A stretch of 64,000 nt of DNA from Sedimentisphaerales bacterium (GCA_963708075.1 OY970194.1:4864001-4928000), one strand, 5' to 3'. Shown: positions 25,004 through 36,220, counted from the first letter of the stretch. Made by a program: numbers and translations. Notes: a model not told the origin generated them from the letters alone.

Positions 25004-26034
25004 ATGGGCACCCAGCGTCGCCCGACAATTCGTCAATCACACGTTGGCAGCATCGAACGAACATCTTTGTTGCTCCTTCTTGTCGTGTATCTTGGACTGG
25101 GCGATGCGCGGGCGGAGGACAACGTGCCGACCGATCCGAATAATGTCATTGCGCAGGCGGAGTTGATCGCCCGGGTAACCGCGGAGAGCCAGGCGAGCAA
25201 GGCTGAGGCGGTTCAGTGGGCACAGGCATACGGGTATCCGACCCGCTATGAGGACGGACAGCGTGTCTTCGAGCTGATGGCGGTCTGGAAGGACCGGCCC
25301 GTGTACTATGCGACAGATAACGTCAACGCCGCCATTTCTACCGCCGCCGACCGCGAATCTGTGGCAGTTCGATGAGGGCAGTGGAGAGACCTGCGCACGA
25401 TTTGGCAGGGAACCGGCATGGGACGATCCGCGGCGCTCGATGGGCCGCCGGGCGGGTGGGCGAAGCCCTGGCCTTCGACGGCGTCGATGACTATGTGGCA
25501 CTGCCGGCCAATGATCCGGTCTGGCTGCCGCGGTATGATTTCACGGTCGCCTTCTGGGTCTACTTCGATAGGGGGGACGCCTCCAAGGCAATGGAGGTGA
25601 TCTTTGACCTCAATTGCGCCAAGAGCTCCTGGCCGACCAACGAGCATGGCGCCTATATCTTTAGGCGCTCGGGCAAAATTGGGTTCCAGATGATCGCGAT
25701 GGGCAGATCGCGCGAGGATCTCTACACCAACACGGTGTTCGACGAGGGGAAATGGTATCACGTCGCCGCCGTCCGGAGCGGCACGCGCCAGCAGATCTAC
25801 GTGAACGGAGAGTTGGACAACAGCCGCGGTTGCTCGTCGTCGCCCATCGACTACACCGGGGCTTGGGACGACGATACGGTCAGTCTTGGATCCTACAGTA
25901 ACCCCCGCCTAACCATAGGTAACCTCATCGTATGGCAGCGAACGTACTATCTCAAGGGCAAGCTCGACGAAGTCGCCCTCTTCTACAGGGCACTGTCCGC
26001 CGCGGAGGTTCGACAGCTATACGAGAAACAATAG
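25004..26034 (+). pseudogene. Disrupted secreted protein: S8-propeptide-like N-terminus joined to a LamG domain across two frameshifts
   Basis: Frame A ends PVYYATDNVNAAISTAAD, frame B reads LWQFDEGSGET, and frame C reads AHDLAG..ALAFDGVDDYV..WYHVAAVR..LDEVALFYRALS. Confidence 0.6.
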
Positions 26035-26667
26035 CCGGGCCTGCACCATCTGTCAGATGGGCGAGCAAAAAATCGTCGCGACGATCGATCAGTCTCGGTG
26101 ATTACCCGTGAGAGGCCTTGGGCATTGTCTCTGCGCTGCCGGTAACCAATGCAGTGATCGCGGTGACGCGTCGAGTCCCTTATGCCCCCGGACGCGTGCC
26201 CTGACGACCGGCGAAAATTGTTTGGAAAAACTGCGTTGCGCAGAGGACGGCAGGCGGCACTAATAGGTGTTTGTGACATGGACGGGTGGACGCGTTCGAC
26301 CCGATACTCATGGCTACGTGCCTGTGGGGGCGACCCTCCGGGGTTGCCCCGAACGATCCAGGCAAGCCCGGAGGCCTGCCCTACTCGCCGAGGACCGCGG
26401 CGGCCAGCCGCATCCAAGATCCGGGGGGCGTGCCAGGCCGGCAGGATGCTGCCTGCGAATAGATAATCGTGACAGATTCTCCGAACTGCCCGTAGTGACC
26501 AAGGCTGCGAGAGGACCACGCTCGCGGCCTTTGGTCTATTCAGGCTCACTTCGGTCGTTCCCAGCGGTGTCAGGAGCCTCACGTTCTTTCATTCCCCAGG
26601 TGCGCGGGGTACAGTGGTGCATCTCTATAGGTGAAGAGGCACGCAATGTCTCGGGCTGACTTGGAGA

Positions 26668-27204
26668 ATGTCTTTGGGACAGCAGCAGGACAAGGTACTG
26701 GAATTGCTGGACACGCACGGGCGGCGGCTGCACCGGCTTCTCGGCCGGCTGACCCGCAGCGAGGATGCGACCAGCGATCTGATGCAGGAGTTGTTCCTGC
26801 GACTGAGCCGCTCAAAAGGGCTGGAGCGGGCCCGCGACCCGTATGCCTATGCGTGGAGGGCGGCGGCGAATCTGGCATTCGAGTGGCGAAGGCAGCGGAA
26901 GATCAGGCTGCAACCGCTGGAGGAAGACATTCGCGAGGATGAGCCAGAGGACCAACCGGTGGGCAAGGTGATTCAGGACGAGCAGGTCCAGCGGGTCCTG
27001 GAGGCGACCTCCCGACTGGATGAGCTTGCCCGCAATGTCATCGTGATGCGGTTCGTCGAGCAGGAGCCCTACGAGGAGATAGCCGCGAGATTGGGCAGAG
27101 ATGCGGCCTATCTGCGGTCGCTGTGTTCGAAGACCCTGGTCCGGCTGCGACAGATGTGCGGCGACTACGAAGCGGGCCGCACAGATAAAGGGGGTGCATC
27201 ATGA
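26668..27204 (+). CDS. ECF sigma factor
   Basis: DLMQELFLRL (region 2) and YEEIAARLG (region 4); overlaps the next gene. Confidence 0.85.
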   Translation: MSLGQQQDKVLELLDTHGRRLHRLLGRLTRSEDATSDLMQELFLRLSRSKGLERARDPYAYAWRAAANLAFEWRRQRKIRLQPLEEDIREDEPEDQPVGKVIQDEQVQRVLEATSRLDELARNVIVMRFVEQEPYEEIAARLGRDAAYLRSLCSKTLVRLRQMCGDYEAGRTDKGGAS

Positions 27205-28949
27205 CGCAGAGGCATGAGCAGGAAATCATCAGCGCCCTGGAGAAGGCCGGGCAGTTCGAGTTGCCGAAAGCGGCGGTCGAGCGCGACTTGGAGCGAGTGC
27301 GCCAACTGCTGGCCGGCGAACGCCGCAAGCGAAACATCTGGCGGACAATTGTGCAAAGCCGGTGGGCAAGACTCACTTCTGTGGCCGCTGTTCTGGTGAT
27401 CGCTCTTCTGGCACTTACGCTTTTCATGGAGCCGACCCCTGCCGCGGCGAAACTGCTCGCCCAGGTCGCCCGCAATATGGAGAAGCTGGCGTGGGCCAAG
27501 ACGATTACAGAGAGCTATGCCCCAGGCAAGGATGAGCCCGTCAGCGTCGATGCTACCTGGACGGACGTGAGGGGCAAGCGCGTCTTTGCGATCTATGGCC
27601 ATAAGTACATCCACCTGATGGATTACCCGCGACGACAGTGGACTGTATATCAGCCGGAGACAAACGACATGATCGTCAAGCCGCTGGAGGGCGAATGGGT
27701 CTCCCCCGCGGAATCCGTTCAGGAGTACGCTCGTAAACTCCGGAACGAGGGAATCGAGGTCACTCCATCTGAAGAGGCGCGTGAGGGCAGGGATGTGATT
27801 GTCCTGCAATTTGACGAATCGCTGAATTACCTGCAGGGCAGCGGGCCGGCCACGAACATGATGATGAACGGCAGGCATGTAAAGACCATGCGTCATAAAC
27901 TCGTCATTGACAAGCAGGATCACCTGCTGGGTGCGTCCGAAATCACGTACCTGGACCCGGAGGGCAATGTGATCGTCACTCAGAAATCAACATCTGAGCC
28001 TGTCCAGACGGGACCCGCGGACGTCTACGAGCTCGGCGTACCTCGGGATGCGAAGATCGTCAATAAGGTACCGGAGGAGCGCATGCAACAGGTCCGCCAG
28101 GACATTACCGCGCACCGGAGCCGCTTCCTCGACACGTATATCGCCGTGATCACGGAAGCCCTGACAAAGAACGGACAAGAGCAAATCATCGAGGGCATGG
28201 TGGTCTTCCGACGGGCCAAGGAGCTGCGCGTGGACGTCTACCGACGGCTCTACAGTCAGCCGGACCACATCACACCGCTCTACCACAGCGAGCTCAATGC
28301 TTCGCTGACGCGTCTGAAGACGTATTGGCCCGAAGAGGAAAACTGGGGCATCCAGTCGATGCGTTTGTACGACGGGCTGTGGCAATACGTGCTTGAAGTG
28401 CAGGACGACAAACTGGTCGCATGGGACAAGCAGCGCCGGCCGGATGGGGATGCATATTCGGACGACGATCTCGATGATTTCGGCTGGCGGACCTTGTGGT
28501 GGCTCAACGAGCCGGAGCACATGTTCGAGGACGACTACTCTCGCACGCACGCGCTGATCGCTATGGAGCTGACCGCACAGTGGCAAGGATACCGGCCGCC
28601 GAAACGGCAAGTGGCATACGTCGATCCGCAAAAGGACTACATCTGCCGGCGATTCATCGACGAGGAGCTCTTCGACGCTCCTTGGCAGGAGGACAAGAAC
28701 TGGATCGACAAGGTGCAGGACAAACAGCGTCTGAGGGAGAGACGCAGGGTGCGCGATGTGACGGAGTACGGCCGGACCTCGGCGGGACAATGGTACCCGA
28801 AGGTGATTACCGAGACAGGACACGAGCTACCCTACGGCCGGTCGAGAGAGGACGTGGCCAGGGTCATCCGCATTCACCTGCTTGCCGAGCACCCGGAGTT
28901 CCCCGAGGGCATTTTCGATCCCCAGAAGCTGCCGCAACCCACGAACTGA
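27201..28949 (+). CDS. Putative anti-sigma/membrane-anchored protein with large extracytoplasmic region
   Basis: Short cytoplasmic N-terminus and a single TM helix (SVAAVLVIALLALTLF); ATGA-coupled to the ECF gene. Confidence 0.7.
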   Translation: MTQRHEQEIISALEKAGQFELPKAAVERDLERVRQLLAGERRKRNIWRTIVQSRWARLTSVAAVLVIALLALTLFMEPTPAAAKLLAQVARNMEKLAWAKTITESYAPGKDEPVSVDATWTDVRGKRVFAIYGHKYIHLMDYPRRQWTVYQPETNDMIVKPLEGEWVSPAESVQEYARKLRNEGIEVTPSEEAREGRDVIVLQFDESLNYLQGSGPATNMMMNGRHVKTMRHKLVIDKQDHLLGASEITYLDPEGNVIVTQKSTSEPVQTGPADVYELGVPRDAKIVNKVPEERMQQVRQDITAHRSRFLDTYIAVITEALTKNGQEQIIEGMVVFRRAKELRVDVYRRLYSQPDHITPLYHSELNASLTRLKTYWPEEENWGIQSMRLYDGLWQYVLEVQDDKLVAWDKQRRPDGDAYSDDDLDDFGWRTLWWLNEPEHMFEDDYSRTHALIAMELTAQWQGYRPPKRQVAYVDPQKDYICRRFIDEELFDAPWQEDKNWIDKVQDKQRLRERRRVRDVTEYGRTSAGQWYPKVITETGHELPYGRSREDVARVIRIHLLAEHPEFPEGIFDPQKLPQPTN

Positions 28950-28954
28950 TGATG

Positions 28955-29860
28955 TCACGGCCTCGTGAGGAACCCGGCGGTGGAGGAGAGGACTCGCTGG
29001 CGGAAATGGGTGTGCTGCTCGTTGGTCTGCTGTTCGCGGAGGTCCTTGAAACTGGCCCGGCAGAAGTGGCAGCCCATCGTCGCCAGGTGGAAGTCGACGT
29101 AGTCGAACCATTCGGGGGACAGGGTTTCGAGCAGGAACGCGCCGAGGGTGTTGCGCTTGGGGCAGCTCAGCCGCTGTGATTCCCAGATGTCCGTCAGGAG
29201 TTCGTCGGAGTAGGCGATGGAGATGTCCTTGAGGGAATCATCCTCGATCACCTCGCGGCGGATGCGCTTGAGGCAGCGGTGCTTCATGACCCTGACGGCG
29301 CCTTCATCGAGCTTGAGCAGCCGGGCCACATCGACGTTGGAGAGGTGACAATAGAACACCAGGTCGGCGATTTTCAGATCGCGGAATCGCCTGCCCTCCT
29401 GATACCTCTTGACCATCCGCCGCATAATTCCCGTCAGGGCCTGCCGCAGCAACTGGAACTGCTCGTCGTGGCTGACGCACCAGCTCACGCTCGGATCGGC
29501 CGAGGCCACCCACGCAAACGAATCGGCGGGCCCGTCGTCCGTGCCCGTGTGACAGACATCCTGGATCAGGCACACCGTCCTCGCCCATCGCGTCCGGAAG
29601 CGGTTGGCGATCTCGTTACGCAGAATGGTGAACAGGTAAGTCTCGAGGGTGGTCTCGATCTTGAGGTTGCCCACGATCTTGACGAAGGAGGTGAACGTTT
29701 CCTGGACGATATCTTCGGCGTCGGCGCTCTGGGGAACGCGCGTCATGGCGAAGCGCAGGAGCCGGCCCTGGTACTCATCGACCAGCCGGGCCCACGCCGC
29801 CGTGTCCCCTTGCCGGATCGCCTCCAGCAGGCTCTTGTCATTTGGATGAGGATCGCCCAT
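28955..29860 (-). CDS. ECF sigma factor with C-terminal Cys/His zinc-finger-like extension
   Basis: AEDIVQETF, region 4 (DVARLLKLDEGAV) and tail CP...FHL...GCHFC. Confidence 0.85.
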   Translation of the reverse strand: MGDPHPNDKSLLEAIRQGDTAAWARLVDEYQGRLLRFAMTRVPQSADAEDIVQETFTSFVKIVGNLKIETTLETYLFTILRNEIANRFRTRWARTVCLIQDVCHTGTDDGPADSFAWVASADPSVSWCVSHDEQFQLLRQALTGIMRRMVKRYQEGRRFRDLKIADLVFYCHLSNVDVARLLKLDEGAVRVMKHRCLKRIRREVIEDDSLKDISIAYSDELLTDIWESQRLSCPKRNTLGAFLLETLSPEWFDYVDFHLATMGCHFCRASFKDLREQQTNEQHTHFRQRVLSSTAGFLTRP

Positions 29861-29946
29861 ACGATTGATTATGGATGATGGATAATTGATGATTGATTAT
29901 TCAGCCCACCCGTTGGCGGCATTCCGCTCCAATCATCAATCGTCCA

Positions 29947-32900
29947 TCACTCTTTATCCATTCTATCGACCGGGCCCAGGTACTGGTCCAACCATTTCAC
30001 GATTTCGTCATAGTACTCTTTGTGATATTCCGAGGGGATGCCGTGCCCGCCGGGGAAGAGGACATGCCTTTTCTGCGATTCGGGCGTCCCCAGCAGGTCG
30101 AAAAGCGGCTTCTGGGCCATCTCGTACGGAAACAGCGAGTCCTGTCTCCCGTTGATCATCAGGATGGGGATTTTGACCCGCGGGGCGAAGTTTGCCGGGT
30201 CGGAGGCAGGGTGCCTCTGGCAGGCGCAGATGCCCCCAAGCAGCAAAACCCCGGCCTTGAAGCGGCTTTCGACGGCGATCATCAGTGGGCCCACCTGGCC
30301 GCCCCAACTGATGCCGACAAAAGCGAGCCTGCCGGTGTCGATGTCCTGCCGGGTCTCAAGGTAATCGATGGTCCTTCGCAGGTCCTGCGATTCCTGGACG
30401 TACAGGTTCCTGCTGAGAATGCTGTCGGGCGGATACAGGGGCCTGTCGAGCCGGCGTTCGTAGGTTCCCTTGTAGAACGGGACAATCACGGCCCTGCCGC
30501 TTTCGAGGAGAGCGGTCATCTCGTGCTTGTGCGCCCGCTCGTCCCAGGCACTGTCGCGGGCTTCGCCGCCGGGGTACCAGATGACGGCCTGGTACGGCGG
30601 CTTGACCCCGTTGGGCAGGTACAGATAGGCAATGACGCGCTCGTTCGGGTAGGCCGCATCGAACGTGATTCTTTCCCGCTTGCAGGAATTGCGATCGCGA
30701 TCGATGGACTCGACCTGTGCGTTCAACTCGGTGCGGTCGTACTTGTACCACGTATTGATGTAGGAATCGAAGACGTCATCGGTGACGGGCGTGAAACTCT
30801 GCCAGTCCCGGTGCTTACGCTGCACGGGACTGAAGGCCGGGCCGGGCACGGCCTGCTTGCCGTCGGGGTACAAGGCGCATCGCAGGCCGTTGGCGGCGTC
30901 CCTGTCCCACGGCGAGCGGACCTCGCCGGCGACGAAGATGTACTCATTGTCCCCGTACGCGCCGCCCAGGATGCCGCGGGCGTCATTCTCGCCTTCGATG
31001 GCGTTGTAGCACCATTCCCGGACGTTGCCGGCGGCGTCGTACAGGCCGAACCGGCCCGTGCCGGGATACTGGCCGACAGGGGCGGCGGCGCCCTCGAAGT
31101 TGCTGTGGCACGCGACCCGGTACGGAGAATCATCCACCCCGGCGGCGAAGAGCCAGTGAAAGATCGTCGGCAGGTCCTTGCCGCGGAAGCGCGCGTAGGC
31201 GGCGGCCTCGTACCAGCTCACGCCGCCAACCGGATAGTCGCCCTGCCCCAACGGATACGTGCTGTTCTTCCAGCCCGCCGGACCGGGATTGCCGCTCTTA
31301 TCGCGGAACAGCTCCATCGCCTGCGGCCAGGGGAGAACCTGCCCGTTCTTGACAAACGCCTCCTGCCAGAACTCTTCTCTCTTATAGCCGCCGATATCGA
31401 CGAACTGTTTGTACTGCCGATTCGTCACTTCATGCTTGTCGATCAGGAAGGCCGGGGCCGAGGGAATACATCGCTCGCCGTGAAAGATGCCGCATTGCTT
31501 GAGCTCCGCCGAGGGAATCCAGACCATGTCCGCCGGGAGGCTGCCTTTGCGGTGCAGGGTAAACCCCAGGCGTCCCTTTGTAAGGGTGGCAGGGTCCATC
31601 CAGACCGAAGGCAGATCGTTGGATCGGACCACGTCGAGCGATGAGAACCCCGCCTTTTCGATCCGCCAGCGGTACGTGCCGTAGGGGATCCGGGCACGCT
31701 CGATGGGCGAGCGGCCGAGATACTTCCACCGGGGACTCTTGTCGGGATACTCGCCGATGTACACCCTGGCGCCGAGCGGCGTCGTGATGATCGTGCATTC
31801 GCGCGCCAATCGGGGCCATCGGGCGATCAGCAACGGATCGTCGTGAATCAGGCGTTGGGCCTTTTCCGCCAGCGTGAAGGCCTGGAAGTACTCCTTTGCC
31901 GCCAGGAACCGGTCGATCTCCGCCATCGCATGCTGCTGGGCCCACTGCATGGTGTAATGCCTCCACGTGATCGTGACGGCGAACGCCGTGGCCACGACCA
32001 CCGCGGCGGCGAGGGCTACCGTCACGGTGCGGCGGCGGACGAATTTGACGACCCGCTCGACCGTTCCGGCGCGTTTGGCGACGATCACCCGTCCTTCGAG
32101 ATAGCGGCGCAAATCCTCGGCGAATTCGCCGGCACTGCTGTAGCGTCGGCTCGCGTCCTTTTCCATCGCCTTGCAGCAGATGGTTTCCAGATCGGCGGGA
32201 ATTCGCGGGCTGATCTGCCGCGGGGGACGCGGGTCCCGGTTGAGAATCTGGCCGATCACCTGTTGCTGGGTGTCGCCGTCGAACGGCGGCTCGAGGGTCA
32301 GAAGCTCGTAGAGCGTCACGCCGAGCGAGTACACGTCGCAGCGGTGATCCACCTTGTCGTGTCCGCCGGCGATTTGCTCGGGGCTCATGTACCGGGGCGT
32401 GCCGAGGAACGAGCCGGTGAGGGTCACCCCACGCTCCTTGCAGATCCGGGCGATTCCGAAGTCCAGCAGGACGAGCCGGCCGTCGCTGGCCAGCATGAGA
32501 TTCGACGGCTTGACGTCGCGATGGACGATCCCCTCGGCATGCGCGTAGTGCAACGCATCGGCGACCCCGCTGACCAGCCGCGCCACTGTGCTGAAATACT
32601 CGCCCTCCGATTTGCAGTCCCGCAGCACGCACGGTACAGGGGATCTGCTGCCTGTCTCGTCGTCCGCCGGGGCTTTGGAATCACCTGCGGCCGGAGCGGC
32701 GGGCGGAGCGGATTCAGCCGATCGGGCCTCACGCAGCTCTGCGATGACCTCGTCGAGGCTCTGCCCGTCAATCATCTCCATGGCGAAGTAGCAGACGTTG
32801 CTCTCAGCGCCCTCGGCATAGATGGTGACGATGTGCGGATGGTGGAGCGTGGCAGCGGCCCGGGCCTCTCGATGGAATCGCTCGACCGCCGAAGCGCCTC

Positions 32901-33261
32901 CGGCCAGACCGATGGGCAGCACCTTCAGCGCGACCCGGCGGTTGAGAGAGACCTGCACCGCCTGATAGACCACGCTCATCCCGCCGGAGCCCAGCCGCCT
33001 CTCCAGCCGGAAGTCGCCGATCTGCAGATTCGGCTCCAGGCCGACGACCGGGATATCCGCCCCGGCCATACTCTCCCGGGCGGGCGTCGCGGTCGGAGCT
33101 TCGGGGGCACAGTCCGGCTCCAGGCCCGCCCGCAACCGGCTTACGGCCGTCGCGCAGCGATCGCACACACGCAGATGGCGTTTCCAGCCCGCCAATTCCT
33201 CCGCCGAGGCCGTGGCCTCGACGAACGCCGCCATATCTCGCTGTGATAGACAACCCTTCAC
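29947..33261 (-). CDS. Ser/Thr protein kinase fused to FGE-sulfatase (SUMF1) and alpha/beta-hydrolase domains
   Basis: HLRVCDRC, LGSGGMSVVY, VALK, HRDVKPSN, DFG and GTPRYMSPEQ; TM helix; EVTNRQY, VSWYEAAAYA and GNVREW; GISWGG nucleophile elbow. Confidence 0.92.
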   Translation of the reverse strand: MKGCLSQRDMAAFVEATASAEELAGWKRHLRVCDRCATAVSRLRAGLEPDCAPEAPTATPARESMAGADIPVVGLEPNLQIGDFRLERRLGSGGMSVVYQAVQVSLNRRVALKVLPIGLAGGASAVERFHREARAAATLHHPHIVTIYAEGAESNVCYFAMEMIDGQSLDEVIAELREARSAESAPPAAPAAGDSKAPADDETGSRSPVPCVLRDCKSEGEYFSTVARLVSGVADALHYAHAEGIVHRDVKPSNLMLASDGRLVLLDFGIARICKERGVTLTGSFLGTPRYMSPEQIAGGHDKVDHRCDVYSLGVTLYELLTLEPPFDGDTQQQVIGQILNRDPRPPRQISPRIPADLETICCKAMEKDASRRYSSAGEFAEDLRRYLEGRVIVAKRAGTVERVVKFVRRRTVTVALAAAVVVATAFAVTITWRHYTMQWAQQHAMAEIDRFLAAKEYFQAFTLAEKAQRLIHDDPLLIARWPRLARECTIITTPLGARVYIGEYPDKSPRWKYLGRSPIERARIPYGTYRWRIEKAGFSSLDVVRSNDLPSVWMDPATLTKGRLGFTLHRKGSLPADMVWIPSAELKQCGIFHGERCIPSAPAFLIDKHEVTNRQYKQFVDIGGYKREEFWQEAFVKNGQVLPWPQAMELFRDKSGNPGPAGWKNSTYPLGQGDYPVGGVSWYEAAAYARFRGKDLPTIFHWLFAAGVDDSPYRVACHSNFEGAAAPVGQYPGTGRFGLYDAAGNVREWCYNAIEGENDARGILGGAYGDNEYIFVAGEVRSPWDRDAANGLRCALYPDGKQAVPGPAFSPVQRKHRDWQSFTPVTDDVFDSYINTWYKYDRTELNAQVESIDRDRNSCKRERITFDAAYPNERVIAYLYLPNGVKPPYQAVIWYPGGEARDSAWDERAHKHEMTALLESGRAVIVPFYKGTYERRLDRPLYPPDSILSRNLYVQESQDLRRTIDYLETRQDIDTGRLAFVGISWGGQVGPLMIAVESRFKAGVLLLGGICACQRHPASDPANFAPRVKIPILMINGRQDSLFPYEMAQKPLFDLLGTPESQKRHVLFPGGHGIPSEYHKEYYDEIVKWLDQYLGPVDRMDKE

Positions 33262-33671
33262 GGCGTCACGGCTCCCATCAATATGTCCAGGATTTCCACC
33301 GTTATTGTACCCGATGGCACAATTCAGAGCAAGCCGCTGGTAGTCCTGGGGGGACGATTTTACAGTGCGTGTTCGCCAAACCCGCTGTGTTCGTCCAAAG
33401 TTCCTGAACTCCGGGTGGCAGCGTCAAGCGCAGCTTGGCGATGGTCCGTCCACTCGCCATCGCCAAGGCCTTCGGCCTTGACGCTGCCACCCTCTGCGCA
33501 GTTCACACAGGCCTGAATCGCAAGAACGTGGGACAAAGCCAACCCATCGCGCGGTGATGGAATCGGGCGGGTCTGGACGCGTGGGGTCGGTGCGGGTATG
33601 ATGGGTAAAGTTGTGTAGAGTGGTTCCTTGATTCGCAGAGCAAGCTGGGTTCATCGGGTCCGAGGTGGAGC

Positions 33672-34676
33672 ATGTCGAAGCAACTGGATCGTCGCGAGTT
33701 TCTGAAAACATCGCTGGCCGGCTCGGCCGTCGGGGCACTGGGCCTGAGCTTCGAACAGCGGGCCCTGTTGGCGCAGACCGGGAAGCCGCCGGCCGCCGCA
33801 GCATCAGAGGGCTCGACGGGGGCCATGCCGGTGGGCCGGCTGGGCAAGCTCAAGGTGACAAGACTGATCGTCGGGGGCAACCTGACCAGCGGGTTCGCGC
33901 ATAGCCGCGACCTCATCTACGTGTCCGGCCTGTTGAGACAGTACTTCACCGATGAAAAAGTGTTCGAGACCTGGGAGCTCTGCGAGCAGTGCGGCATCAA
34001 TACGGCGATCCTGCGGCTCGATGACCACGTGATCGGACTGGTCACCAAGTACTGGCACGAGCGCGGCGGCAAGTTCCAGTGGATCGTCCAGGTCAAGCCA
34101 CCCAAATTGGACATCGGTAGTTTCAAGACCGACATTCAGAAGTGCGTGGATAACGGGGCCGTCGGGGCGTACATGCAGGGCGGCGTCGGCGATGGGCTCG
34201 TGAAGGACGGCCAGATGGACGTGCTCGGTGAGGCGCTGCAATGCATCAAGGACGCCGGACTCGTCGGCGGCATCGGCGCACACGACCTGCAGGTCCCCAT
34301 CGCCTGCGAAAAGGCCGGCCTCCAGCCGGACTTCTACATGAAGACCCTGCACAGTCCCAGCTACTGGTCCTTCAATCCGCGCAAGGAGAACTGGGATAAG
34401 TTCCACGTCGGAGGCAAAACCGACCGCGACAACGTCTGGTGCACCCAGCCGACGGAAACGGTCGAATTCATGAAGACCGTCAAGAAGCCCTGGATTGCTT
34501 TCAAGGTCCTGGCCGCCGGCGCCATCCACCCGAAGGACGGCTTCAAATACGCCTTCGAGAACGGCGCCGACTTCATCTGCGCCGGCATGTTCGACTTCCA
34601 GGTCCGCGAGGACGCCATCATCGCCAGGGACATCCTCAAAGGCACCATCCCCCGCCAACGCCCCTGGTGCGCATAA
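33672..34676 (+). CDS. Tat-signal protein, aldo/keto-reductase-like barrel
   Basis: DRREFLK signal, TRLIVGGN and KPWIAFKVLAAG; strong SD and GC3-rich codons. Confidence 0.75.
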   Translation: MSKQLDRREFLKTSLAGSAVGALGLSFEQRALLAQTGKPPAAAASEGSTGAMPVGRLGKLKVTRLIVGGNLTSGFAHSRDLIYVSGLLRQYFTDEKVFETWELCEQCGINTAILRLDDHVIGLVTKYWHERGGKFQWIVQVKPPKLDIGSFKTDIQKCVDNGAVGAYMQGGVGDGLVKDGQMDVLGEALQCIKDAGLVGGIGAHDLQVPIACEKAGLQPDFYMKTLHSPSYWSFNPRKENWDKFHVGGKTDRDNVWCTQPTETVEFMKTVKKPWIAFKVLAAGAIHPKDGFKYAFENGADFICAGMFDFQVREDAIIARDILKGTIPRQRPWCA

Positions 34677-34707
34677 GAAAACTCGAAGCACGAATATCGA
34701 AATCCGA
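34612..34707 (+). repeat. Left boundary repeat (3' end of the 33672 gene plus downstream sequence)
   Basis: 33 bp (34612-34644) identical to 36650-36682; similarity continues through aaaactcgaagcacgaa.atcgaaatccga. Confidence 0.9.
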
Positions 34708-34968
34708 CGGGTGGCAGCGGCAAGCGGAGCCTGCGGAGTTTGCCGATGGTATTGCCGGTTATCGCCAAGTGCCATGCTTATGCTTGCATAGGCGTGTCTT
34801 GTCGACGGGGTTGGGCAGGTCGCGTATCCTGTTGTCTGCTTCTGGCACTGCGGTTGGTAGTTAAGATGTGACCGCGGTCTTCTTCGCACGGAGTATGGTC
34901 GCAGCATGGGGGAGCCCAGACGTGGACGGCTACCTGTGAAGGACCATCATGGCCGGTGACTGTCACCG

Positions 34969-35286
34969 TCAGCCTTGATGGGCGGCAATGTAGAGACGAA
35001 TGGCCTCGTATGCCAGTTCCTGGATCTTCTTGACGAGGAGATTCGCTTCCTTGTCCTGGCTCCTCGGGGCCTCGCTGGCTGCCATCGTGAGAAGGCCGGC
35101 GTGTACGCCGAAAACCGAGGCCAACTCGTTGAGACTCTCCAATCCGATGCCGCGCTTTCCGTTCTCCAGCAGGCTGAGGTAGTTCACCGTCAAGCCGGTC
35201 CTTTCGGCCACGTTCTGCTGAGTCATTCCCAAATCCAGTCGAATTTGGCGTATGGCCTCACCGAGTTTTGATTTCGATATATTCAT
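34969..35286 (-). CDS. XRE-family HTH transcriptional regulator
   Basis: LGEAIRQIR...MTQQNVAERTGLTVNYLSLLENGKR...L..LA..FGV. Confidence 0.88.
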   Translation of the reverse strand: MNISKSKLGEAIRQIRLDLGMTQQNVAERTGLTVNYLSLLENGKRGIGLESLNELASVFGVHAGLLTMAASEAPRSQDKEANLLVKKIQELAYEAIRLYIAAHQG

Positions 35287-35332
35287 GCAACCACAACCAT
35301 TCAGAAAAAGGCAGGGTGAACATACTCTCATC

Positions 35333-35602
35333 CTACCCACTGCGGATGTTTCGCCAAATGCTGTAAGCTTTTTTCAGAACACCAAATACCACTTTGAGAA
35401 AATCAGGGGAGTCCACGAGGTTGGATAATTCTCGCCTTATTCGTTCGAGTTCCTCGACAGCATCATTGATGTCGTTTCTTATCGTTTGCGGGATCCCAGG
35501 TCTGGCCTTCAGGTGTAGCAGCAGCGCTCGTATATCATCCAGTTGCTGCTGAAACCTCCTAACCTTGGATTGTCTGTTCTCGCCTCTCCGAGATGCGTCC
35601 AT
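35333..35602 (-). CDS. 89-aa helical hypothetical protein
   Basis: SD gaaaggag 7 nt before ATG; helical, coiled-coil-like composition; directly upstream of the XRE gene. Confidence 0.65.
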   Translation of the reverse strand: MDASRRGENRQSKVRRFQQQLDDIRALLLHLKARPGIPQTIRNDINDAVEELERIRRELSNLVDSPDFLKVVFGVLKKAYSIWRNIRSG

Positions 35603-36220
35603 AACAGCACTCCTTTCGTACAACGCCTCAGCATTTGATCGAAGTGTCCGTAATGGAGATCAAGCCTGTCCACCCCTGCCTATGGGTTCAATGTGGACTT
35701 ATCCATATTCACCTATCCCATAGAGACTGCCCTCCTTTCTCATGATCGAAACCTTGGTAACCGAGGGAGATACGTGAACCAATGGCCATGGATCAGACTA
35801 CACTCATGGAAACTGCCCTCCTTTCTGCTGTCAGACTACCGTGGCATAGCACGAGTTCAGTGCTTCATCTTCACTTCCTTTCGTAACTAACCCTCGCCCC
35901 AAGATGGCCGACATGGCCAAAGGGGCTAAACCTGTTCTTTCGGCTCGGCAACACACCGATGCCGCATACACCTGCGGGCAACACACTCATACCCCGGTTG
36001 CGCCGGGTCGCCCGCTGTCGCCCGGCACAAGGCGGCACATAGGTGCCAACTCACGGCTACGTGACACTGCACCTCCTTTCGATCGAGTCGTGCCCTCGCG
36101 ATGGTAAGGCGGCACATCACGCAAGGCAGGCTCCGTTCCTGTGACATAGTGAGGCAGCATCTCGGTTCTTTTAAAACCCCTGATTCCGGTATTCGGTTTT
36201 CAAAGAACACCCTTCATGAT
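35603..36220 (-). other. Structured leader with repeated SD motifs and minigenes
   Basis: Five GAAAGGA(G/A) motifs. Minigenes MKH* (35868-35857), MSVV* (35807-35793), MG* (35721-35713) and MDKSTLNP* (35706-35680). Confidence 0.55.

Noticed and set aside
35600..36120. CRISPR array or type III TA repeat array
   Set aside because: The repeats are short, degenerate and irregularly spaced (about 58-196 nt), and there are no cas genes. Treated instead as an SD/minigene array.
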